From assembly GCA_964016885.1 (NCBI GenBank), contig OZ024754.1:9114001-9178000 (forward strand): a DNA stretch of 64,000 nucleotides, given 5' to 3'. Position 1 is the stretch's first letter. Every line of letters begins with the position of its first letter. The notes under the pieces are model-generated. The model was given only the letters and a program-made list of their open reading frames with translations. It was not told the origin of the DNA and searched no databases. Positions 36,819-46,901 of the stretch are shown here, one piece after another. Source of the stretch: Eledone cirrhosa (taxonomy: Eukaryota). The position numbers and the translations under genes are program-made.

Positions 36819-38445
36819 TCCTCTTTCCCCCTGGAAGAATGTTAGTCTATTTCTGATGCAGGAGAAATGATATACCTACAAGAAAAGTATGGAATATTGT
36901 ATTAGTGATGACATTCTGTTAAAATATAACCAAATAGAAAATTTTGGCTCAAGCAAGATCCACTTGTGTGTTGCTGACACACTTGACAAAATACAAAATA
37001 AAACCATATAGCTGATTAGCCACACTGATGTCAATGGTTTACTATCGAGCGCCGTCCCTTATTTTAGTATTTTAACGCTAAGATAGGTCATTGAGGGTGA
37101 AGTCGAGACATTTACTCATTTTAGCAGATGTCGTCCCGAATAACTTAAACCTTCTGAAAGTTCTTACAATGTTCCTCGGTAAAACCAAGGAATTAATGCT
37201 TATTCTTGTGAGTATTTGAAACATATGTGGTATTTATAGTCATAGAATAAACATCTATGCACTCATTCGACCTATTAGAAATAGCAGCCAGCAAAATCTC
37301 TTAAATAGGAATTTACTGTTAAATTAGAAAGTACACGAACGAATGCGATCCTGGATACACACTGCCTGAAATGAAATATAGGAAATGTTCAAGGCTTGTT
37401 GTGATACGTTAAATCAGGAGTTACCTAGCTCTAAATAAAGTAGTAGCAATCGAGTTTTCATCTGAAAGGCTTCGCTTGGAGTTGTTTTTTGTTTTTTTTT
37501 ATATAGGTTTTGTTAGGTAAGGAAAGCCATGTTGTTTTCATATATACAATTTAGAAATGGGACACAAATACACAAGAATAGCAAAGAAGCTGTTGTCGGT
37601 TGTTTGGCAGGGAAAAGCTCAAAATTGTGCAATCCTGAACAGATCTCTCTGACAACATCCATCTCCTGCGACACATCATAGAAAATGACATATACCTGGC
37701 GCCGATAAAAATGGATCGATCTGAATATCTTAATAGTGTCATCTGTCCTTACGACAGCCGCTTTCGGTCCTTTAATTGACACTGGTATTTTCTCGTTGGT
37801 CAGAATAAATGGGTATCTTTCGGAATCGTTTCGAATCACGCATTCAGTCTGTGAAGGGTATCTTTCACACCCCTCCAGAAGTTACAAACGGAGCAGCCAA
37901 TGTCGAGTTATGGAAACGCAAAATTGTATCGTCTTGCAGTGGCTTCAATATTTTGTAAACATTATGGTCAATAGAATTATTATCACTGACAACATACTTT
38001 GCGGCCCTCTCTGTTTTACGTTCAAATCTCGTCGAGGTTAGCTTTGTCTTTCATTCTTATGGGATCAGTAAAATAAAGTACCAGTAACGCACAAAGGTAG
38101 ATTTAATTGCTCTTCCTCTCCCCCAAACTTCTTGGCTTTGTGTCTAAATCAGAAACAATTATAAATATCGCTTTCTTATGAACAAAGGAAGCTAATTTGC
38201 AGATTCGTTTGAATCTCGGATATAATACTTTCTGGTACTCAACTTTGACTTTCATCCTTTGGAGGTCGCTGTAACAGTCATGTACTGTGATCAATTCTTC
38301 GTCTATATCTCTTCCTCCCTATCATCCACTCTCCTCCTCTGGGAGAAATCGGTTGAGTTCAGACCTGATGAGGGATTGGCTCGACTAGGTTAGAAAAGCC
38401 CAAGAATTGTCGTATGTCACTGCGGCTCCATCCATACAAACCACG

Positions 38446-39140
38446 TGGATTGGCAGTATCGCGAGAGCGTCGGACAAAATGATTTGCGGTATATCGTTAC
38501 GGTGCTTTACGTTCAAATCTCGCCGAGGTTAGCTCTGCCTTTCATTCTTACGGGGTCAATAAAATAAAACACCAGTAATGCTCTGGGGTCGATTTAATCG
38601 ACTTGCGCCTACCCCAAAAGTTGTTGACCTTGTACCTAAATCAGAAACCATCGACTCCGAATAAAGGGAAGTTAAGTTGATCTCAGTATGAATTGAGCGG
38701 AGGATCAACAAAATATCTAACAGAAGTCTGTCTCAAGTCGATGTTTATCATAGTTTCCATGGCGTGAATTGACAGAGTACAAGGCTCTTAACTGGACGCC
38801 AGTCAATCGAAGGGTTAACCGTTATTCCCCCCCCCCCTCCAAGCTATTACTGGTACCCATTTTCAGCTGAATATACTAGAGCAACTTAAAATGAAGTGTT
38901 TTGTTCAAGAGCACAACACACAACCCAGTCCAAGAATTGAATCCACGTCATTATGATCGTAAGGGCCGTGGAACGTCGGACATCATGCTTTGAAGCATAG
39001 AGTTAAGTCCCTTTACGGTCTGCGTCCAAATCCCACCGAGGTTAACTTTGTCTTTCGTCCTTACTGGGTCGATAAAATAAAGTACCAGTAATAAACTGAG
39101 GGTAATTGCTGGCCTTGTGCCAAGAGAAGAAACAATTATA
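38446..39140. mobile_element. SINE cluster between the duplication units
   Basis: tRNA-SINE at 38446-38650 (+), second-family SINE at ~38740-38950 (-), tRNA-SINE at 38968-39140 (+). Confidence 0.8.
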
Positions 39141-39541
39141 TTTCTTGTCGTACATATTTAAAAACGTGAGAATGAGCTCGTGAGAAGCGTCGAAAAATAG
39201 TTCGAGGTTTATGAAAGTAACAGCACAAAAGAGATACTTCGATTTGAAACCGACACCTTGTCTCTTACCGGTGAAATAAGTAAAAAAGCAAATCCAATGA
39301 TTTTGTTCATGTTAAATGACAAATCTTTTTTTTTTCTCACGGATTTCAATATTTTCACCAGCACTCATACACATATAAATATAGGTAAGTAGATAAACGA
39401 CCACTAGGGGGGTAATTTATAGGTAGTGGAACAGAATTCTGACAGAAACCAAAAGAGAATACTGGGCTGTAACATTTGACAGATCCGAAAACTTCATTAT
39501 ATAGCAAAACAAACAAACTGGGAGACGTGGAAATTATCACA

Positions 39542-42256
39542 ATGAAAGCAGTAAATATAAATCCTAAGAAATGCTTTAGTGTTAATGTGTACACACTGGA
39601 TAACACATGCTTTGAAACTACAATATTACCTCAAACTAAGGGTCACGAATGTATGAGTTATGTTGCCGACAAACTCGGAATAAAAGACTCGAGATATTTT
39701 GGTTTTCGTCACATAAACAAAGACATGCGACTTGAATGGATCAATTTAAATAAACCGATGGGTAAACAACTCGCTGCTACAAGTCTTAAACGTCCTGCAA
39801 TATATTTTGGAGTGATGTGTTATATTACACGTGCTTTTACAATAGAGGATAAAATTGCACGGTATGAATATTTCAAGCAGCTTCACGTTGATTATATATA
39901 TGATCAATATAAATGTTTACCAGAGAGAGCTATCAAGTTAGCTACGTATTACCTGAGGGTAACACAAGGTCCATATAATCGGCAAAAGCACACGTATTTA
40001 GCTATTCGCAGTCTGCAACTATTTCCACGTAGCATAACAAATAATGAAAGAATTGCGGCAAATGTCACAGAAAAGGTATTTTTGGAATATCAACAACTTA
40101 ATATGTCTTCTGAAACGTGTGTAACACTTTATATCATGGAATTTGAACGTGGGACAGATTATGGCATGCAATGCCATTCCGATGCTTTTTACAAAACTGG
40201 AGAGGCTGTGCATCTAATAACGTCCCCTAAAGGGATTTTGGTTAAATATTTAACGTTACCTATGGCAATGCTCTTTAAGTGGACAGATATTACTGCTATG
40301 AAACGATCTGGAAAGACTAGTGTTTTTATCGAAAATAAATCTGGTCCCACACATTTTCAATTAGCCGACAAAAAAAAAGCCGACTATATTTTCCGAATGG
40401 CTGCACTTTTGTACAGATTTTATGAAGATATAAAATTTTGCAGCGAAACATCGGTACAAAGTGGTGGGATTGATGACAAGAAAAGTTACTCATTCTTGTT
40501 ATCAAGCAGTCCATCTTACACACTGAGAATTATTATGCGTCACCAAAGGTCATTGACTGTTGTTCCTGACACTATTACCTTTTATCAAGCCGATGACACT
40601 GGAAAGCCCTTCCACTTAGTAACATCGATTCAAGAGCTAACGGCTTCCAGTACACAGACGCCAACTGCTTACCCTCGTTTGACACAAGAGAACGTTAGTT
40701 CAGTGCAGGTTCTCCCTAAAAAAAGCGATATATTAGATACCAAAATAGATTCGCGACACATAGATACCGCTGCTGCTGAGGAGGTTTTTAAGAAAGAGAT
40801 ATTTCATGATTCACCAAAGATAAATTATGAACACAGGATACGTGAAATAAGTACCCAAACATCCTTTCGCTTGCGTTCTATGATTGATGATCGATTCAAA
40901 AGCTACAGGAAGGCTTATCCGACGAATTTATTTTCTCAGACTATAGGGAATATGATACAATATCTAGACGACCTTAAACAGGAATCTAAACTACCAGCTG
41001 GGGCGGAATTTTCTGATATGCCACCAGTAAAGGCCACCGATTTTCATGAGAGTAAACTCCCAACAACTTCCCAACAGTCGGCATTCAAAGAACCCATAAG
41101 AAAACCCGATGTTCATGAGAGTAAACTCCCTACAACTCCACAACAGTCAACATTTAAAGAACCCGTAAGAAAACTCGATGTTCCTCAGAGTAAACTCCCT
41201 ACAACTCCAAAACCGTTAACATTCAAAGAACCCGTTAGTGAAACGGATACTACTTCAGTTCACTCTAAACCACCGTTGCCCCAAAGTGAATATTCGAAAG
41301 GAGCTATTCCCAAATATTGGAAAAGATCAGATGTGCCTACTGGTAAGGCTTATGCGCTGAAACATGCGGCAACAATAAAAGACAGGAGAAAGAAATATAA
41401 TTTACAGCTTAGATTACGGAAAGGGTATGTTGACGTAGAGTTTCAAAAAGTTGGTTTAAAAGGTGTACAAAAGCCTTGTACTGTTGGCTGTCAGTTTGGT
41501 AACCTTCGTAGAAACCGCTGTTTAACTGTTATACCTTATGATGAAAATCGTGTAAAACTATCGGAAAGCCTTAACAATTCTTCTGGTTATATAAATGCAT
41601 CTCACATAAAATGGAAACTTGATGACTTTCAACTAAACTTCATTGCAGCTGAAGCACCACTTGAAAATACAGTCGAAGACTTTTGGCAAATGATTGGGGA
41701 GCAAAAGGTTTCTCTTATAATTATGTTAAATTCTGTAGATGGCGAAGATAGAGCTGGTTGTTACCGGTATTGGCCCCGACAGGGGGAACTTGGCCATAAA
41801 TTTCAGTTTGCATCGCGTAAAATTATTTTTCATACTTCTAGAAAAACTACCGATTATACTTTAGATGTCCTGTCTATGGATGATAATTCCGGTAACCAAC
41901 AAATAATAAGTAATCTTTCTTTTACTAAATGGTCTAAAGACGACTGTCCGTGTGATATTCCTACTTTTACCAAATTTTTGGAAGCGATTGAATACCTACA
42001 AAAGATTTGGGGCAGTAAAACTACTGCTTCGTCTCCAGTTGTTGTTCTCTGTCACAATGGAGTTGGCCGTACTGGAGTCCTAATAATGTCGTTAATTATG
42101 AAGTTTTGCTTGATGCATAACATTGATGTAGATACGGAGAATATACTTGCCTTCCTCCGTTCCAATAGGATGCACTTGGTTAGCATCCAACAACACTATA
42201 ATTCTGTTTATGAAGTATTAATTTGTTATCTGAAAGGTTTAATTTCTTCCAGTTAA
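39542..42256 (+). CDS. Intronless FERM-PTP (PTPN14/21-like), copy 2 (904 aa)
   Basis: ATG at 39542 is homologous to the copy 1 start (the track start 39476 is TTG); highly similar to copy 1, only 3 linker repeats (41036-41242) and an altered C-terminus. Confidence 0.92.
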   Translation: MKAVNINPKKCFSVNVYTLDNTCFETTILPQTKGHECMSYVADKLGIKDSRYFGFRHINKDMRLEWINLNKPMGKQLAATSLKRPAIYFGVMCYITRAFTIEDKIARYEYFKQLHVDYIYDQYKCLPERAIKLATYYLRVTQGPYNRQKHTYLAIRSLQLFPRSITNNERIAANVTEKVFLEYQQLNMSSETCVTLYIMEFERGTDYGMQCHSDAFYKTGEAVHLITSPKGILVKYLTLPMAMLFKWTDITAMKRSGKTSVFIENKSGPTHFQLADKKKADYIFRMAALLYRFYEDIKFCSETSVQSGGIDDKKSYSFLLSSSPSYTLRIIMRHQRSLTVVPDTITFYQADDTGKPFHLVTSIQELTASSTQTPTAYPRLTQENVSSVQVLPKKSDILDTKIDSRHIDTAAAEEVFKKEIFHDSPKINYEHRIREISTQTSFRLRSMIDDRFKSYRKAYPTNLFSQTIGNMIQYLDDLKQESKLPAGAEFSDMPPVKATDFHESKLPTTSQQSAFKEPIRKPDVHESKLPTTPQQSTFKEPVRKLDVPQSKLPTTPKPLTFKEPVSETDTTSVHSKPPLPQSEYSKGAIPKYWKRSDVPTGKAYALKHAATIKDRRKKYNLQLRLRKGYVDVEFQKVGLKGVQKPCTVGCQFGNLRRNRCLTVIPYDENRVKLSESLNNSSGYINASHIKWKLDDFQLNFIAAEAPLENTVEDFWQMIGEQKVSLIIMLNSVDGEDRAGCYRYWPRQGELGHKFQFASRKIIFHTSRKTTDYTLDVLSMDDNSGNQQIISNLSFTKWSKDDCPCDIPTFTKFLEAIEYLQKIWGSKTTASSPVVVLCHNGVGRTGVLIMSLIMKFCLMHNIDVDTENILAFLRSNRMHLVSIQQHYNSVYEVLICYLKGLISSS

Positions 42257-42333
42257 AACCTAAATTGTCTGAAATTACATTACAATTTAAGCTATCACTT
42301 GATTGATTGTTTCTGAAATATATTTTTCTTTAT

Positions 42334-42400
42334 ATTAAATATTTTCTAAAATTCGTAATAAAATGTTTTTTATACTAAATCTGATTTTTTTTTTTTCTTT
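42334..42400 (+). terminator. Candidate polyadenylation signal of copy 2
   Basis: ATTAAA at 42334, AATAAA at 42357, downstream T-run. Confidence 0.5.
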
Positions 42401-42659
42401 CCCCCTGGAAGAATGTTAGTCTATTTCTGATGCAGGAGAAATGATATACCTACAAGAAAAGTATAGAATATTGTATTAGTGTTAAAATATAACCAAATAG
42501 AAAATTTTGGCTCAAGCAAGATCCACTTGTGTATTGCTGACACACTTGACAAAATACAAAAGAAAACGATATAGTTGATTAGCCACACTGATGTCAATGG
42601 TTTACTATCGAGCGCCGTCCCTTATTTTAGTATTTTAACGCTAAAATAGGTCATTGAGG

Positions 42660-43401
42660 CTCTTCATAATAATTATTTATTTACAATAGTTTATAACTTT
42701 GCCTATTAATCTGTATGGTGAGCAAATGGGGTCCCACGTGCTGGCCTCCCCACAGCCCCGGCGGACAGGATGGAGAGGGCGTTTCCCCGGAGGATGGTAG
42801 GGTAGATGCGCTGGAAGAGCCATTTCAACTCGCGAGGCTCACACCTGCGGCTGGCCAGCTCAGCGCCTATGGAGGTCGCCTTAGGGCCAAGGACACCAGA
42901 AGTCTCCACTGCCAAGGGCACGACCGCGAACCTGTCGGAGAGCGACCGGTACTTGGAGAGTTTGGCCTCCTCAGCCCGACGTGCAGCAGAACCTGGGTTA
43001 GTCGCAGACTGCACCTGGTTGCGGCTGGAGAAAGTGTCGCTGCGAGTGGCATCCCAGACGAGGGGTTTGCCACCGCGGAACGGGAAGATGGTGATACCGT
43101 CTGGCCTTTTGCCAGCCCCACTGGCTCGAACAGGGAGGGGAGGGAAGCCTGCAGCGTCCAAGCCATGCTTAATGACCTCGTTGAGGGCAGCATGGCGTGG
43201 AAGGCGACCGGCACTGTAGGGCAGCATAGCGTGGAAGGCGACCGGCACTGTAGCAACAGGAAAGCGGGTGGAGTCCGAAAGAGTACACGGTGGATCCACA
43301 GCGACATTTATGTGGCTCGCAGATCCGGAGTCCAAGCCTCAAGGAAACGCCTATGCGTAGTCTATCGTTATCCAGCTGCGTGCCAGTGGAGAAGGATAGC
43401 A
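42660..43401 (-). mobile_element. CRE-like RLE element fragment inserted in the copy 2 3' flank
   Basis: RIGVSLRLGLRICEPHKCRCG, RHAALNE, KRPDG, WDAT, KLSKY, WLFQR, RGNA; absent from the homologous site in unit 1 (~37097). Confidence 0.88.
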
Positions 43402-44469
43402 TGAAGTCGAGACATTTACTCATTTTAGCAGATGTCATCCCGAATAACTTAAACCTTCTGAAAGTTCTTACAATAATTACAATTTTCCTTGGTAAAACCA
43501 AGGAATTATTGCTTATTCTTGTGAGTATTTGAAAAATATATGTCATAGAAGAAACATCTATGCACTCATTCGACATATTAGAAATAGCAGCCAGCAAAAT
43601 CTCTTAAATAGGAATCTACTGTTAAATTAGAAAAGACACGAACGAATGCGATCCTGGATACACACTGCCGGAAATGAAAATATAGGGGATGTTCAAGGCT
43701 TGTCGTGATATGTTAAATCAAGAGTTACTTGGCTCTAAATAAAGTAGTAGCAATCGAGTTTTCATCTGAAAGGCTTCGCCTGGAGTTGTTTTATATAGGT
43801 TTTGTTAGGTAAGAAAAGCCATGTTTTCATATACAATTTAGAAATGGGACACAAATACACGAGATTAGCAAAGAAGCTGTTGTCGGTTGTTTGGCAGGGA
43901 AAAGCTCAAACTCCTGAACAGATCTCTCTATGACAACATCCATCTCCTGCGACACATAATAGAGAATGACTAATAAACCTGGCGCCGATGGGCTCAGATA
44001 AAAATGGATCCATCCGAATATTTTAATAGTGTCGTCTGTCCTTACGACAGCCGGTTTCGGTCCCTTTTTGTCAGAGGCTTTAATTGACACTGGTATTTTC
44101 TCGGTGGTCAGAATAAATGGGTATCTTTCGGAATCGTTTCGAATCACGCATTCAGTCCGTGAAGGGTGCCTTTCACATTCCTTCCGAGGTTACAAACAGC
44201 AACCAATGTCATATTGTCATGTAAACACAAAATTGTATTGTCTTGCAGCGTCTTCGATATTATGTAAAACATTATGGTCAATAAAATTATTTTTTATTAT
44301 CACTGACAACATACTTTGCTGCATATATTTTGCGGCCCTTTCTGTTTTGAGTTCAAATTTCGCCGTGGTTAGCTTTGCCTTTCATTCTTACGTGGTCGAT
44401 AAAATAAAACACCAGTAATGCACTGGGGTCGATTTAATCGACATGCCGGTCTCCACTGCATATGTCGTT

Positions 44470-44724
44470 GTACGTACAAGGAGAGTAAGATTTGCTGGCC
44501 ACTACCATCGTGCCACCTATGAGGCTGTGTCCCCATTAGTGCTTTGGAAACCACAAGCAGTCGCTAATAACAGGGGGCGCAAGCTCTCCTGTCCCGATGT
44601 CATCTCCAGCGATTCTGGTATTGAAATCCACGACTTGGCAACGGCAATGAACGACAGACCCACGTGGAAATCAATTGTTGAGTCCATTTCAGCTGAGGCC
44701 GCCTGATGATGATGATGATGATGA
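44470..44724 (+). mobile_element. 3' end of a third RTE-like LINE with (GAT)n tail
   Basis: RRVRFAGHYHR..LVLWKP..RGR..AMNDRPTWKSIV followed by tgatgatgatg. Confidence 0.75.
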
Positions 44725-45248
44725 TTATATATATCATAATACATATTTAAGTCAACGTTTTCCTGGAAGCTTTAGAACTCAGAAATATATGAGGAATGGC
44801 CCTCTTTTGTCACGATTAGCCATGGCTTATGTTCTCATGACTGACAGATCGTGGATGTGGTTCTCCCAGGCACAAGCCCTGGCACGGTATTTTGTGGTAG
44901 ACCAGCAATTACCTATGAATATAAGTCTCTCTTTTTAACGAAGCCATTGTTGTCCAATGGAAAGGCAAATGCTAATACATCTAGGCATTGGGGTCATTGT
45001 AACTAATTTCTTCGACTTGAGTAGAATGGACCAATGTGAAATAAAATGTCTTGTTCAAGAATACAATCCGTTACCAGAACTCACTACCTTACGATTGTCA
45101 GTCGAGTGCCCTAACCACTAAGCCATGGTTAGGTCCGAAATAATGAGACAGAATGTAGATCGTTGTTAAAAGCAACCAAGAGCCTGAGGGTATATTAAAC
45201 ATACCACTCGAATAGCTTCTTGTTTATGATGCAGGGCATTCCAAAATA

Positions 45249-46085
45249 TTGGCAGTATCGGTAGAGGGTCCGACGCTATGCTTTCCAGCATAGAGTTACG
45301 TCCATTTATGGTCTGAGTTCAAATCCCGCTGAGGTTAACGTTGCCTTACATCCTTACGGGGTCGATAAAATAAAGTACCAGTAATGCACTGGGGTAATTG
45401 CTGGCCTTGTGCCAAAAGTAGAAACAATTATTACCTTAAAACACAGCTAGAGTGGTAGATTGCAGAGTGGTAGAGCACCGGGATAATGCTTTTTTGGTCT
45501 TGTCCGCGGGGCACAGCCCCATTATCGTCACGCCCTAGGCCCAGAGCCCATTAAACTTTCCCTTCCTTTTCCGTTTTTATATTTTCTTATTTTACATTCC
45601 ATTCTTTCTTCTCAATCTATTTTTTTCTTTTTTTATTAAATGGTTCCACGTAAGGTCGGTGGATTGGCAGTATCTGTAGAGAGTCGGATACCATGCTTTG
45701 CAGCATAGCATAGAGTTAAGTCCCTTTACGGTCTGAGTTCAAATCCCACCGAGGTTAACTTTGCCTTTCATCCTTACGGGATCAATAAAATAAAGCACCA
45801 GTAACGTACTGGGTCGATCTAATTGACTTTCCCTCCCCCAAATTACTGGCCTTGCGCCTATACTAGAAATCATATTTATAAACCACATAGGGCGGTGGAT
45901 TGACAGTATCGGTAGAGAGTCGGACGCCATGCTTTGACGCATAGAGTTACGGCCCTTGCCATTCTGAGTTCAAATCCCGCCGAGGTTAACTTTGCCTTTC
46001 ATCCTTACGGGGTCGATAAAATAAAGTACCAGTAATGCACTGGGGTAATTGCTGGGCTTGTGCCAAAAGTAGAAATAATTATTAT
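45249..46085 (+). mobile_element. Three tRNA-derived SINEs (45249-45432, 45656-45870, 45889-46085) with a CRE-like 3' UTR piece (~45501-45640)
   Basis: A/B boxes and core in each; 45501-45551 is the reverse-complement homolog of 9332-9381. Confidence 0.85.
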
Positions 46086-46643
46086 AAACCACATAAAATT
46101 GGTGAATTATTTTAATATAATTACCATCAGACGTATCTTACTAGATTATATGGGTAACCTCATTCAAATCAGAGTGAACTTACGAACGACTATGTCGCCA
46201 TCGTTATTTTTTTGACATACACATTTACAAACAGAGATTTATCTGTGTGTATGAGTACCTCGAGGCTTAACCCTCCAGCTGTATCCAGCTAGAATTCTTT
46301 CACCTCTTTCTGTTCAAACCAGCTGTAACTGGCCACTCATACTGATGTTAAGGTATTGTTATCAAAATAAATAATATCAAAATCTCATAGATTCGATATT
46401 ATGTGAGGTAAAGCCTTTACCACCAAAAATACAATAGTATATATAGAGTAATGTAAATGCCAAAGGGTTAAAACAGAGACATTACAAAGAGAGAGACAGA
46501 GATTTGAAACAGAACTTACCATCTTCCAGTGACATAAGTGGAAAATATCCAATGATCTTCTTGTCGTTGTTAAATGGTAAATGTTAATTATTATTTTTTT
46601 TGCACGTAACTCAATAATTTCACGTGCACACGCCCACACACAC

Positions 46644-46697
<54 letters not shown>

Positions 46698-46901
46698 TAA
46701 AGAGGAGGTAATCAGTTTTCCCAGTAAAAGATAAAGACAGACAGATTAATTGGCAACAAGAAGTGGAACGTATCGTTTGATTCTGTAGCAAATGTTTCGT
46801 AAAGAGGTCCTCTAGCTAAAAAGGAAATTGGTAGACATTGAGACACTGAAGACTCGGTACTTCGAAATTACTAACCTTTCACGTGCATTGACATAATCAC
46901 A

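Larger units (their letters stand above)
32428..38162 (+). repeat. Segmental duplication unit 1 (paralog ~39040-44442)
   Basis: 5' flank, CDS and ~1.4 kb of 3' flank align to unit 2; both units start and end in same-orientation SINEs. Confidence 0.88.

Noticed and set aside
39476-39541. 22-aa N-terminal extension of copy 2
   Set aside because: Starts at TTG and is in frame only because of a ~17-bp 5' UTR deletion; the ATG at 39542 matches copies 1 and 3
45889-45985. tRNA genes
   Set aside because: The A/B boxes belong to SINE heads with an over-long spacer and no cloverleaf
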